Assembly: GCA_040219255.1 (NCBI GenBank)
Contig: JAVJSW010000039.1
Coordinates: 125,120 to 189,119, forward strand
Direction: 5' to 3'
Length of the DNA: 64,000 nt
Source of the DNA: Sumerlaeia bacterium
GTDB taxonomy: Bacteria > Sumerlaeota > Sumerlaeia > SLMS01 > JAHLLQ01
The notes under the pieces were generated by a model. It had not been told where the DNA came from, searched no databases, and was given only the letters and a program-made list of their open reading frames with translations. How positions within the stretch are numbered: the first letter of the stretch is position 1; the number at the start of each line of letters is the position of its first letter. Below are positions 48,923 through 59,404 of this stretch, piece after piece. A program made the translations under genes and the position numbers.

Positions 48923-51900
48923 GGCGTGGGGGTGTCTCCTGGGGCCGGATTGGCGGTGGCTTGGGCCAAATCGCTGGAATCGTCGAAGCGGAATAGCACG
49001 TCATCGATGCGAGGCAAGCCGCTTTCGTCACCTATGACCGTGGCTCGCCATTGAACGGTTTCCACATCGGGCCCGGCGGGCAGGGGGTCGCCGGAGGCGA
49101 TGGAACGCCAGGGGCCGAAGCGGGGATCGAAGCGATTGCCCGTGCCGGTGCGGATTTCGAAGAGCACCTGGCCGTTCTCTAGGTCCTTCCGGGCCTCGAA
49201 AGTGCCCGGGGCCAGACCTTCGCCATCAAGTTCGATAAGCGGCGACAGGTAAGTTCCTTCGACGGCGGCCACTTCGAGCCAGAGGATTCCGTTCCAGGAG
49301 CGAACGCGGTCGGGGGCGAATTCGATGTCCAGGTGGTCGTCGATGGTGTTGATGCGGCCGAGGAACTCACGGCTGCTGGAACGGCTCGAGGGGTTTCGGA
49401 AGTCGCTGTCGCCTTCGACGCGGAAGCGGAAGTAATTGGCCGGTTTGCCATCGGGGCTCTTCTCACCGGCGGTGACGAGGCTGATGTCGTAGAGGACGGT
49501 GCGGTCGTCGGCGGGAAGGGGGACGCGGACTTTGACAGGGGCGGGGTCCTCGTAGGGAGTCCAGTAGAGTCCGCCGTCTTCCTTGAGGGTGGACATGAGA
49601 TTGTCGGAGTCGGTGGAGAGCCCGGCGTTGTAAGGGATAGGATCGCCGACGATATCCTCTTGCGCGATGCTGAGGCGCACGGGGGCCTTGGGCGTGTTGG
49701 GCAGGGTGATGGTATCGTCGGGCATGATCATGACGGACTTGGCGACGCCGTAGGGGAAGATGCTGGCGAAGGACCATTGGGTGGCGCGCCGGCGGGCGAT
49801 CTCCATAGGCTTGAAGACATATTCGAAGGCGATGGTGGCGTTGTTGTCGCTCGAGGACGACTCGCCGTACTCGCGGTCGTCGTTGAGAGAGACTCGAACG
49901 AGATTGCGCTCGTCTTCGACATGCCATGTAGCCTGAAGCACTCCGGCTTCGCCCGCGTTCAGGCGGTCGAATCCGCCGCGGTAAACCGTTTGGGTCTTGT
50001 CGCTGTTGCCGGTGGCGGTGACCTCAAGAACGAAAGGATGGGCGAAATCGAAGGGGGAGTCGTTGCGGAATGGCAGGGTGAGGTTCACCGTGTCGCCGAG
50101 GCGGATGTACTTCTGGGAGGCCTGGAGGGCGGCGGAGTCGAGGGCGAGGTTGGGCATGCGGCGCATCTGGATTTTGACTTCGCCGAGGTTGTTCAAATAG
50201 CTGGCTTCGTTGATGAGGCGGTTGGAGTTTGTGACGACATAAAGAGTGGTGTCGAGGCCCTGGCCGGCAGGCGGGTCCCAGCGCAGGCGGACGTCGCGCT
50301 TTTCGCCGGGAAGAAGCGGGGTGTCGAACTCGATCTCGCTGCGCTGCAGGGGTGCGACGAGCGAGGTGGCGAGAGTCTCGTTCCACCACGGCGAGTCGAC
50401 GTAGAGCGCGGTGCGGACGTTCTCGGCGGGGAAGTTGCCCCGGTTTTGAACGGTGGCGGTGACGTAGACGGTCTGACCGGACAGGTATTCGCTGCGTTCG
50501 GCCTGGACGCTGGCTGGAACGACCACCAGATCCATGGTGCCGCCGATTTCGATGGGAAAGTCGAGGACGGTGGGCGGGGGGGCGATTTCGCCGTGGGGGC
50601 GGGCGGTGACTTCGAGGCGGAAGGGAAGTTCCTCCTGGGGAAAGGCGACCGGCGTGAGGAAGGAGAGGCGTTCGCGCTCGCCGGGTTCGAGAACCGGAAT
50701 TTCCGCTTCGCGGCCGACGGGTTTGAGTTCGCCGCCCTCGGAGACGAGGAAGAGCTTGGCCCGCACGGTTTGGATGGCTCTGTCCGAGGTGCTGTAGAGA
50801 TCGATATCGAAGGTCGTGCTGGCGGGGGTCCCGGCGACCCGGCCGGTGACCCGGCCACGGGGAACGGCGGCCCAAGGATTCGTGCCCGGCACGGGGGCTT
50901 TGAGGACCACTTCCGCCTCGGCGAGAGCGGGCACGGTTTCGGGCAAGTCCTGGTAACGAATCACCGCTTTGAGGATCATGATGCCCGGGGGAACCGGAAC
51001 GCGGAAGGTGCGTTCGAAGGGCTCCCGGGCCGGAAGAACCAGTGGAGTTTCGTTCAGAGGCCGGTTGTTGCTGACATCCTGGATTTCCAGTTTCAGCTTG
51101 TCCATGTAACCTTCCGACAGATTTTCGGCCCGGAGCGTGATGTCGAGAAGTTGGCCCGGTTCGTAGACGTCTTTGGGGCCGGGTCCGGGGCTGACGCTCC
51201 AGTCGAGAGAGACGTCCGGGGCTCGGACGGGAAGTTCGACGGACACGGTTTCGAACTTTTTCGACGCCTCGTTGGTGGCGCGCAGGGAGAGCTTGTACTG
51301 GCCGGGGTCGAGGTAGGCGGGCATCTGGAGGGACAGATCGAACCGACCGCGGACAACGCGCCCGCGAGCCGGTTCCACCGCTGGGGCGCCTTTGGGGTCG
51401 ATCAGCAGGGCTTCGGCAACGCCCCAGTCCATGCCGGCGACTTCGCCCTTGATAGAGATGACGGATTGGGACGTGGTGAAAATGGCGCCGGGCGCGATGT
51501 CGGCGCGAATGCGGCCGCTGGGGCGGGGGATTTTCAGGGCCGGGTCGCCGAGCAGGATGTACTGATTGGGGACGTATGCCTGGCCGCGGTCGAGCAGGTA
51601 GCCCGCCTTGGCCAGGATGGTGACGGGGCCGAGCGTGGCGGTCTTCTCGTTGGTGAAGACATCGAAGAAGTGGCGGAGCAGGAAATCGTGCTCGTAGCTG
51701 CTGGTTCCGTCGACGGGGGCGAAGACGGCGATGGCGCCACCGTCCTCGGCGAGGATGAATTGCTCGGCGAGACTGCGGGCCACGGGATCGACGGGATAGT
51801 CGATCCAGGCGGTGTCGCAGGAGGCGGCCGCCATGATGGGCCGGCGCTGGCCATTGGTCAGGCGGTAGATATCGCGGTAGTGGAAGATGCGCTCGCCGCT

Positions 51901-54387
51901 CCAAAGATTCGGCCCACCGTGCCCGAAGTAGGTGGCGGTGAGGGCGCCCTTGCTCATTTCCTCGACGATTCGCTCGGTCGTCTCCGGGCTGCGCTTGCGG
52001 GCGAAAATGCGGAAGTAGTCTTCGTAGGGGTTGCGCTGAAGATAAATGCGCTCTGCCACCGCGTTGCCGTGGAGTTCGGTTTCAATGACCTTTTCCGAGA
52101 CCTGCTCGAATTCCGGTTCGTCGTCGGTGATGAAGAGGTGGCGGGTCAGCCATGGGCCGGCCTCGGGGTTCTTCTCGTAATCGCTGATGCGTTTGACAAG
52201 GCTGCCGAGTTCATTGCGGGACTTGACGGGGAAGCGGCCGATCTCGACATCGGCGAGGGGACCGTCGCCAGAGATGAGGGCGTAGCTGTCGTCGCAATGG
52301 ATCTTGACGCCGGGATTGGCCCACCCCCAGGCGGGCAGATAGTTCGTGGACTTGGCCGCCCCCGGATGGGAGTATTCGAACCAGGTTTCGCTGGCTTCAC
52401 CGATGAGGACGACCTTGCTGAGGCGCGGTGCGGACCAGCGCGCGTAGGCGTAGGCGATGAAGTCCTTGATGGGTTCGTAGGCCATCCACCCCCCATTGGC
52501 GACGGCCAGGATGTCGTCGAAGTTGACGACTTGAACGCGGTATCCATCTTCGACGCCGCGCAGGTAGGCGTAGCTGTCTTTGGCGGTGTCGACGAAGAGG
52601 TCGGCTGAGATGACCAGGATGTCGGCGCCGTTCTCGGGCGAGAGGATGTCGTTGACCTGATAGGGGCGGCCCTCGCCGAGCCAGCGCATGCCTTCGGAGT
52701 CGGCGGCGATGACTTCGATGGGCCGGCTGGAAGGGGTCCAAATCCAGGCGCTGGCATGGGATACCGGCTGGGTGAGACTGGAGCGCGAATTCAAGAGGAC
52801 CGGTTCGTAAGGTTTGGTCACATCGAGCACAATGGGGTAGTCGCGGCGGACTCCCTCGGTGCGGGCGAAGTCCACCAGGACCGGGCCTTCCGCCGAATTC
52901 GAGAGCTCGATGGGTTGGTTGAGCGGCAGGTTCTTCCAATCCAGAGGAACCCTCACGTCGGCCCGGTAGATGACCATTTCCCCCGTGTCGATTTCGCCGG
53001 AGGAGCGGTCGTTGAGAAAGCCGAAGGTGTTTTCTTCGGCGCGCAGGGCGTTAGCGGGAACGGAGAAGGTGGAATGTTTCGCCGAGGTGGCGGAGCGCTG
53101 GCCATCCTCACCGGCCAGGACGCCGTTGACGTAGAACTTGAGGTCGTAGGAGGGGCGCACGTCGCGCTGCTTGATGGGTCCGTGGGTGACAGTGACGGAG
53201 GCCTTCTGGGAGGTGTCGACGTGATCGAGATGGAGGGTGGCTTCGCGGAATTTCTCGGGTCCGACGAGGGCCATGGCCCAATGACCTGTATGGACATCGA
53301 AGGGGTAGCGCAGATCGAAGGATTCGGGGTGGAAAATACGATGGGTGGTGGAGGCGCGCTGGGGTGGGGTGCGGGACATTTTGGGATCGCGGTCGTCGGA
53401 GGCGATGCGCAGGGGCGAGCCGCCGGCCACTTCGTCATCGGGCTGGAGGACCCAGATGGGGATGTAGGCGAAGCGAGGGTCCTTGGGCTTTGGAACGTAG
53501 AAGGTCAGGTGAGCGCGGGCCAGGAACGGGCCATCGTCGTTGCCGCTGAGGAGCGTGGGGATTTCCTGGTTCCCAACGTAGACCCGCAAGCGATCGAGGC
53601 GAAGTTTCGCCGGGTCGACGCCGATGCGGTCGAGATCGCGCGGCGAAAGGCGGTAGATGCCGGGTTCGGTGACGCGAAAGCGGGCGACGGGGCCGTTGTC
53701 GTTGCCGCTCTTGAGAATGTGATACCAATTGCGCCAATCGCTCACGTTCATCGTGGTCTTCGGTTGGGTGGCGAGGAGTGGCACCTGCTCGTGATTGAGC
53801 ACCATGTCGGGAGCCATTTCGAGCAGGTAGGGATCGGCGGCCTGAAGTTCGGCGCGGGCCTCGGCGAGATCGCGGTCGGCGGCCGGTTTGCGGAAATTGG
53901 CGCGGATGACGGCGCGCTCGAGCACGGCGGATTTCGGCAGATTGCCGCCGCCGCTGATGGGAGTGGTCAGGACCATCTGAACCTGATTGAGACCGATGGT
54001 GCGGAAATCGTCGATGTAGCGCGGATTGAAGGATTCGAACTGGGGAGGAATGCGCCCGTCCTCGCCCTGCTCGTCCTTGCCGTAGCTGGCTTTCTTCTTG
54101 CCGCCTTGATAAACGGCCCAGTCCGCCTCCTCGATGCTCAGCGAGAGCGAGCCGTCGGCGACGGCGGCGAGCCAGAAATTTTTCGTGGTGCGGCGCTGAG
54201 GCTGGTCCGGCCCTTGCGGATTTTCATTGAGCAGTTCGAAGGTCAGCCCCTTCGCATCGAAATCCAGGACCCGCAGGGACACGTTGCGGAGATAGCGGAT
54301 TTCTTCCTCGGTGTGGGCCGCGGCGGCCGATGGCATCAGCAGAGCCCACAGGCAGAGAAGAGTTAGCAGAGGAAAGCGCAGAGTCAT
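48919..54387 (-). CDS. Large secreted C25 (gingipain/PorU-like) cysteine peptidase with CARDB-like domains
   Basis: Signal peptide; V.EPGIYRL, VVLIG, EIGRFP, YFGHGG (His), AASC (Cys), YILLGDP; 'NEASYLNN' and 'ESSSSDNN' CARDB ends. Confidence 0.85.
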   Translation of the reverse strand: MTLRFPLLTLLCLWALLMPSAAAAHTEEEIRYLRNVSLRVLDFDAKGLTFELLNENPQGPDQPQRRTTKNFWLAAVADGSLSLSIEEADWAVYQGGKKKASYGKDEQGEDGRIPPQFESFNPRYIDDFRTIGLNQVQMVLTTPISGGGNLPKSAVLERAVIRANFRKPAADRDLAEARAELQAADPYLLEMAPDMVLNHEQVPLLATQPKTTMNVSDWRNWYHILKSGNDNGPVARFRVTEPGIYRLSPRDLDRIGVDPAKLRLDRLRVYVGNQEIPTLLSGNDDGPFLARAHLTFYVPKPKDPRFAYIPIWVLQPDDEVAGGSPLRIASDDRDPKMSRTPPQRASTTHRIFHPESFDLRYPFDVHTGHWAMALVGPEKFREATLHLDHVDTSQKASVTVTHGPIKQRDVRPSYDLKFYVNGVLAGEDGQRSATSAKHSTFSVPANALRAEENTFGFLNDRSSGEIDTGEMVIYRADVRVPLDWKNLPLNQPIELSNSAEGPVLVDFARTEGVRRDYPIVLDVTKPYEPVLLNSRSSLTQPVSHASAWIWTPSSRPIEVIAADSEGMRWLGEGRPYQVNDILSPENGADILVISADLFVDTAKDSYAYLRGVEDGYRVQVVNFDDILAVANGGWMAYEPIKDFIAYAYARWSAPRLSKVVLIGEASETWFEYSHPGAAKSTNYLPAWGWANPGVKIHCDDSYALISGDGPLADVEIGRFPVKSRNELGSLVKRISDYEKNPEAGPWLTRHLFITDDEPEFEQVSEKVIETELHGNAVAERIYLQRNPYEDYFRIFARKRSPETTERIVEEMSKGALTATYFGHGGPNLWSGERIFHYRDIYRLTNGQRRPIMAAASCDTAWIDYPVDPVARSLAEQFILAEDGGAIAVFAPVDGTSSYEHDFLLRHFFDVFTNEKTATLGPVTILAKAGYLLDRGQAYVPNQYILLGDPALKIPRPSGRIRADIAPGAIFTTSQSVISIKGEVAGMDWGVAEALLIDPKGAPAVEPARGRVVRGRFDLSLQMPAYLDPGQYKLSLRATNEASKKFETVSVELPVRAPDVSLDWSVSPGPGPKDVYEPGQLLDITLRAENLSEGYMDKLKLEIQDVSNNRPLNETPLVLPAREPFERTFRVPVPPGIMILKAVIRYQDLPETVPALAEAEVVLKAPVPGTNPWAAVPRGRVTGRVAGTPASTTFDIDLYSTSDRAIQTVRAKLFLVSEGGELKPVGREAEIPVLEPGERERLSFLTPVAFPQEELPFRLEVTARPHGEIAPPPTVLDFPIEIGGTMDLVVVPASVQAERSEYLSGQTVYVTATVQNRGNFPAENVRTALYVDSPWWNETLATSLVAPLQRSEIEFDTPLLPGEKRDVRLRWDPPAGQGLDTTLYVVTNSNRLINEASYLNNLGEVKIQMRRMPNLALDSAALQASQKYIRLGDTVNLTLPFRNDSPFDFAHPFVLEVTATGNSDKTQTVYRGGFDRLNAGEAGVLQATWHVEDERNLVRVSLNDDREYGESSSSDNNATIAFEYVFKPMEIARRRATQWSFASIFPYGVAKSVMIMPDDTITLPNTPKAPVRLSIAQEDIVGDPIPYNAGLSTDSDNLMSTLKEDGGLYWTPYEDPAPVKVRVPLPADDRTVLYDISLVTAGEKSPDGKPANYFRFRVEGDSDFRNPSSRSSSREFLGRINTIDDHLDIEFAPDRVRSWNGILWLEVAAVEGTYLSPLIELDGEGLAPGTFEARKDLENGQVLFEIRTGTGNRFDPRFGPWRSIASGDPLPAGPDVETVQWRATVIGDESGLPRIDDVLFRFDDSSDLAQATANPAPGDTPTP

Positions 54388-54575
54388 GATCGAGGCATTC
54401 GGCGAAGGTCAGGAGTTGCGCCCCGGCAGAGGGCGCGGGCAGCCTCGGATTGGGCCGCGGGACGCAGAAGAGGAAATCCTCTCCGGCGGGGCGCGGTCAA
54501 CACGAGCCGCCTCATCGGACCCCACCCCCTGGCGCCAGGTTGGGTCGGGACACTGCAATTAGGAGTCGATGCCCC

Positions 54576-55415
54576 ATGGCAACCCATCCCTACCGCGTGG
54601 ACTATCATGCCCACACGGTGCTTTGTTCGCACGCCCACGGAACGGTGGACGACTATCTGGAACGAGCCCAGGCTCTCGGGCTCTCCGAATTCGGGTTTTC
54701 CGAGCATTCGCATTGGATGGTGAAGACGGGGTCGCGCAAGCTGGCGCCTACTCCCGAGGAAATGCAGACTTACCTGCAGTGGATGGACGAGCGGCGGGCG
54801 TTCTGGAACGGCGAGGATGGCCGGCCGAAGCTCCGCGTCGGACTCGAGGCCGATTGGGTTCCGGAGCGGCTGGAGGAAGCGCTCGCCTTCATCGCGTCCT
54901 ATCCCTTCGACTACGTCATTGGCAGCGTCCACCACGTGCGTCATCCGCGATACCCGGACCAGTGGGTGATCGGCTGGGGCTACGAAGCGGAGGACGCGCG
55001 GGCGATTTGCGAGACGTATTTCGAGGAGATGGCGAAGCTGGCGGAGAGCGGGCTTTGCGATATTTTGGCACACCTCGACGTCATCCGCCGCGGGGCGAAG
55101 TTGCCGCCCGAGGGCGTTCTCCCCTACCTGGAGCCGATCGTCCCGCGCATCGCGGCGAGCGGCGTGGCGGTCGAGATCAACACCAGCGGCCGCGATCACA
55201 TGCTCTTGCTGGGCGAGCCGAACACCTTTTTTCCGTCGCGCGAGGCGCTGGGGATGCTGGTGGACGCGGGCGTGCCGATCACCTTCGGCAGCGATTCCCA
55301 CGCCCCCGGGCATGTGGGGCGCTACCTGGAGATCGCCATGGACTGGCTGCGCGACGCGGGGGCGAAGAGCTTCGCGCGTTTCGAGGGGCGGAAGATGTTC
55401 GAGGTCGAGTTGTAG
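54576..55415 (+). CDS. Histidinol-phosphatase, PHP/HisJ family
   Basis: DYHAHT..C.HA, FSEH, GLEAD, DYVIGSVH, AHLD, EINTSG, GSDSH. Confidence 0.85.
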   Translation: MATHPYRVDYHAHTVLCSHAHGTVDDYLERAQALGLSEFGFSEHSHWMVKTGSRKLAPTPEEMQTYLQWMDERRAFWNGEDGRPKLRVGLEADWVPERLEEALAFIASYPFDYVIGSVHHVRHPRYPDQWVIGWGYEAEDARAICETYFEEMAKLAESGLCDILAHLDVIRRGAKLPPEGVLPYLEPIVPRIAASGVAVEINTSGRDHMLLLGEPNTFFPSREALGMLVDAGVPITFGSDSHAPGHVGRYLEIAMDWLRDAGAKSFARFEGRKMFEVEL

Positions 55416-55423
55416 GGGCATCA

Positions 55424-55897
55424 ATGGAAGACGAACCGGCGACATACGACGACCCGCGCTGGCCCGAGCTGCCGGCGCTGACGCCAGAGGCTGTGGCAGA
55501 GCTGGAGACGTTCGCGCGGCATTTTCAGGGGGCGGGAGGGAACCTGTATGAGGAACCGTCGCAACTCGCGCGGGATGCCGTTTCCGCTGGGTGGTTTCCC
55601 CCACCGCCGCCGACCCCGAGGGATGCGCTGGCGCGGTTTCTCAAGCGCATCTACGCGCTGGAGATCATGAGTGACTTTCCGTGGCCGGACTGGCTGAAGA
55701 CCATCCCGGAACGATGGCGGGATGATCCCGCCGCCCTTGACGATATCGGGGATGCGACAACGCTGAGGCGTTTGTTGATCGCCCATGTCCGGGGCGACCG
55801 GTTTTGCGACGGACACCTTTGGTCCATCGTGCAGTCGGGCTATCTTGGCAAACTGGTGGAGCGCCTTGCCGAGACAGCCCGCCGCGAGCTGGGTTAA
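55424..55897 (+). CDS. DUF6508-like hypothetical protein
   Basis: F.WPDW and LLIAHVRGDRFCDG motifs; ATG 8 nt after the hisJ-like stop. Confidence 0.65.
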   Translation: MEDEPATYDDPRWPELPALTPEAVAELETFARHFQGAGGNLYEEPSQLARDAVSAGWFPPPPPTPRDALARFLKRIYALEIMSDFPWPDWLKTIPERWRDDPAALDDIGDATTLRRLLIAHVRGDRFCDGHLWSIVQSGYLGKLVERLAETARRELG

Positions 55898-58800
55898 TCG
55901 ATCTCCGCCACCTGAAGCCGCAACAGATCCGCCACATCTACGAGGGCGTCGCCGTTGACTTCCTCTGGATCGGCATCCACACCCTTGTTGCCTGAGCCAC
56001 CGCCCAGAATCCGGCCGAGCACGTCGTTGCGCGACGGCGGTGTCTTGTCGAAGATGACCAGACCGGCCGACGGGGTATCGTTGTTGGTGGGGGCGGGATC
56101 ACGGAGCTGGGCGCAGCGGATGTCCGCATCGACCCGGAAGAGCCCGGGTGTGGGCGAAGCGATAATGGTGTAGGAGACTGGCAGGGTGAGTGAAGCCATT
56201 GGCGCCAGCTCCGCGATGGTCCAGGTGCCTTCGAAGTCTTCGTCATCAAGCATATTTGAGAACATCGTCCCCGCCGGGACCGCAGTGGTGCCGATTGAGA
56301 TGGCATCGACGACGGAACCCGTACCGGGCCGGGTGCGGAAAGTGGCGTCGGTGCGGACGGTGATGTCGCGGGCGGTGTACTGCTGGGAATTGTTCGTCAC
56401 CGTGACGTTGTGGGTGAACATGGTGCCCGGTTGGGCGTTGGGGGCGGAGACTGTCCCGGTGATCGCCAGATCGATGGCGGGGATCAGGAAGACAGGATAG
56501 TCCTCGACCTCGCCGTCGTCGGCTGCGCCAAAGGGCCGGTCGCCACCCGCCGTGGAGATGCGGAAGCGGCCGAAGGTTCGGTTGTTGCGGTTGTTGGGCA
56601 GGCCGTCGGGGGCCATGAATTCGAAGGTGGTGAGATCGGTGATGCCGCCCGGGGCGGGAATGTCCTGATCGGAAGCGATCTGATCGGCCGCATCGTCGAA
56701 CCAGTCGAAGTCGCCATTGAGATCGATGAAGGCGTTGACTTTGCCAGGGCCAATGGCGCGAAAGAGGACGGTGTTCATCTGGCCACCGAGAAGCACGATG
56801 GTCTGGCTGGTGACATCGTCGGGCAGGCAGATTTCTTCTGGCAGTTCGCCCGCGCTGCTAAAGTAACCGTCCTCGTCGTCGAGCGCGCTGCTGTCGTCGT
56901 TGTCCGCATTGGGAGAAGGAAGACCATCGAGTTCGTAATCGACGAGGTCGCCGAACCTTGGGGTGACATCCTCGAGGTCGGCGCCGGCCTTGTGGCGGGC
57001 TCCATCGTCGATATTGCCCACGGGATAGGGCAGGGGAACATCACCATAATCGAAAATATCGTCGGCGGGAATGAACTCGTCATAGCCGAGGTCGGGCATG
57101 CCGTCGTCTCGGGGATCGCCTTCGAAATCGGTCGCCGGAGCCACGCTTGGGTTGCCGGCGTCGATGGCTGGCGAATTGGGAGACAGGCGGAAATCGCCAT
57201 TTCCTTCGTCGGCGAAGAGCGGGTTGGCGCTGATGATATTGTCGCCGATGTTGAGTCGATCGATGTTTCCACTGCCGATCAGGATCGCCTGGCCGAAGTC
57301 GGCGCGGAAGAGGCTGTTGTCGATCGTGCCGGACGGTTGGTTGACCGAGAAGACGGGGGAGATATCCAGGGCAATGTTGTTGTGGATCTGGTACTCGCCC
57401 ATGTTGAGGAAACCGGCCGTGCTGGCGTTTTGCTGATCGGTGTCCACGATGGTCACATTGGTGACGCGATTGACGGCTGGCGGGCTGGTGAGGTTGTCGA
57501 ACCAGAAGGCGGCGCCCCGGAAGGTGCCATCCTCGCCCTGCTCGCGGACGGTGTCGTTGTCGATGAAGCAGGTGTTCTCGACTACAATGCGGTCGTCGGG
57601 GTTTTCTCCAAAGGTGCGATAGAAGAGGCCGCCGCCATCAGCCGCCGGGTTCGGGGCAAAGGAATCGGGCACCAGGGCGTTGTTGCCGCTGATGTCGCAG
57701 CCGGAGACATTGGCTGTGCCGCCGATGATGTCGAGGCCGCCGCCGCGCCCATCGGTGGCGCCGCTGGCCGCCGTGTTGCCCCGGATCGAGCAGCCGATGA
57801 CATCGACGTGATTGCTGTTGATGATGGCGGCGCCGCCGCCGGTGCCAAAGGAGGGACCGAAGCCCCGGCCAGCGAAGTTGTCCAGGATCTGGCAATCGAC
57901 CAGTTTCACGATCGAAGCGCCGGCGTCGCCGTAGAGGCCGCCGCCCTGGGCTCCCGCGCCGATGGTGGTGAAACCGGAGCCGCGAAAGGCGTTGTTGCCG
58001 CTAAGGACCGAGTCACTCAGGCAGATGATGTTTGGCTGGCGGCCACCGAGGCCGGAAAGTTCGGACAAGTCAGGGACGCGGACGCCGATGCCGCCGCCGT
58101 TGGCTTCGATGCCGAAACCTCCGGTCTTGCCGGTGTTGCCAACGATTTCGAGATTGGTCCCTGAGAAATAGAGAATGGGGTCCAGAGCCGGCGAACCCTT
58201 ACGGGTGCCCGAGGTCAGGTTCAGATCGTCCGAAGCCGTCAGGGCGATGCCGCCGCCCAGGGCCGGATTGTCTCCGCCGCCACTGTCCTCGAAGGCGTCG
58301 GAGGCCTCGTTGCCGCGCACCTCCGTGCCCTCGATCACAAAGGACGCGGGGAAATCCGAAGATGGCAAGAAGGTGAAGTGAATGCCGCCGCCTTCGCCGC
58401 GAAAGTCCTGGGGCAATTCGAAGGTCTGGCGCACCGCGGACGTCGCGACGTTGTTGCGAATGGTCGAGGTGGTGATCATGGCGCTTTGCTCGGCGTAGAT
58501 GCCGCCGCCAAGGCCAAAGCCTGGGCCGTCCTCGGACTCGCGCTCCGAGCGCGCCGTGTTGTCTTCAACGATGCAGTGCTGAATCGTCAGTTGGCCGCCG
58601 CCGGTGGCGCAGATCCCGCCGCCGCGCCCCGGGAGGACGGCGCTCATGGCGGCGTCGCCGCTGCGGATGCTGAAGCCATCGATGAGGAAAGACTCGCCAA
58701 CGTTGGCCGCCTGCCATAGGATGACGCGGCCCGTGCCGCCCGCAGTGATGATCGTGTTCGCCGGATCGCGGGGATCGTTGCGGGAGGAAAAATCCGCCGC

Positions 58801-59052
58801 CCAATCGCCCGTCAGCATGGCGTCTCCGGCGATCTCCAGGGTTTCCTGATAGGTGCCCGAAGCGACGCGGATTTCTTCGCCCGCATTGGCTTGCGTGAAG
58901 GCGTAGCCAATCGTCAGAACAGGCGTTCCGGGATCGCGGCCGTCGCCCGTGTCGGTGCCCTGGGGCGAAACGTGCACCACGGCCCAGACCTGGGATGCGG
59001 CGGTGGCCATGGACAGGGCGATCAACGAAGTCAAGGACAGGCGGAGATTCAT
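55894..59052 (-). CDS. Secreted beta-helix protein with choice-of-anchor-Q-like, GEVED, DUF11-like and dockerin-like domains
   Basis: Signal peptide; V.VS..G.D, repeated N.A..GGGI/GGGL, DFRL..NSPAIDAG, DYGD.P, GEVEDY, DPAPTNN, VNGDALVDVADLL. GAGGTG RBS. Confidence 0.82.
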   Translation of the reverse strand: MNLRLSLTSLIALSMATAASQVWAVVHVSPQGTDTGDGRDPGTPVLTIGYAFTQANAGEEIRVASGTYQETLEIAGDAMLTGDWAADFSSRNDPRDPANTIITAGGTGRVILWQAANVGESFLIDGFSIRSGDAAMSAVLPGRGGGICATGGGQLTIQHCIVEDNTARSERESEDGPGFGLGGGIYAEQSAMITTSTIRNNVATSAVRQTFELPQDFRGEGGGIHFTFLPSSDFPASFVIEGTEVRGNEASDAFEDSGGGDNPALGGGIALTASDDLNLTSGTRKGSPALDPILYFSGTNLEIVGNTGKTGGFGIEANGGGIGVRVPDLSELSGLGGRQPNIICLSDSVLSGNNAFRGSGFTTIGAGAQGGGLYGDAGASIVKLVDCQILDNFAGRGFGPSFGTGGGAAIINSNHVDVIGCSIRGNTAASGATDGRGGGLDIIGGTANVSGCDISGNNALVPDSFAPNPAADGGGLFYRTFGENPDDRIVVENTCFIDNDTVREQGEDGTFRGAAFWFDNLTSPPAVNRVTNVTIVDTDQQNASTAGFLNMGEYQIHNNIALDISPVFSVNQPSGTIDNSLFRADFGQAILIGSGNIDRLNIGDNIISANPLFADEGNGDFRLSPNSPAIDAGNPSVAPATDFEGDPRDDGMPDLGYDEFIPADDIFDYGDVPLPYPVGNIDDGARHKAGADLEDVTPRFGDLVDYELDGLPSPNADNDDSSALDDEDGYFSSAGELPEEICLPDDVTSQTIVLLGGQMNTVLFRAIGPGKVNAFIDLNGDFDWFDDAADQIASDQDIPAPGGITDLTTFEFMAPDGLPNNRNNRTFGRFRISTAGGDRPFGAADDGEVEDYPVFLIPAIDLAITGTVSAPNAQPGTMFTHNVTVTNNSQQYTARDITVRTDATFRTRPGTGSVVDAISIGTTAVPAGTMFSNMLDDEDFEGTWTIAELAPMASLTLPVSYTIIASPTPGLFRVDADIRCAQLRDPAPTNNDTPSAGLVIFDKTPPSRNDVLGRILGGGSGNKGVDADPEEVNGDALVDVADLLRLQVAEID

Positions 59053-59404
59053 AGCAGTCACCTCGGTGGGGGGGCAGGTCGGAGCTGCGCCGAATTCTAC
59101 GGCGACTGGCGCTGTTCCAATCCGAGGGCAAAGGCTCGAATGAGCGAACGCGAATCGACCAGAGACGAAGTAGTTCCAAAAATGACGCTCACCAGACGGG
59201 TTGGCGGTGCCAAGCAGAAAGGGGACGGACATTATTTTATTTACCACGCGACCAAAGATCGGGGGAAGTCCAATTCACAACTTTGCAGTGTAGCCTCTGC
59301 CCCCTTCGCCAAACCAAATCCGAAAGGGGGAAACCCGTTGACCAGACCCAAAACGTCCTATTTGGTGCTCCGATCTTATTGGCAGTGAAATTGGAGTCCG
59401 GTCT

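Noticed and set aside
49333-52608. Very long antisense ORFs (e.g. 49333..52608, 28198..30771, 21516..23852, 56410..58164)
   Set aside because: Shadow frames of high-GC genes on the opposite strand, with no motifs and biased composition.
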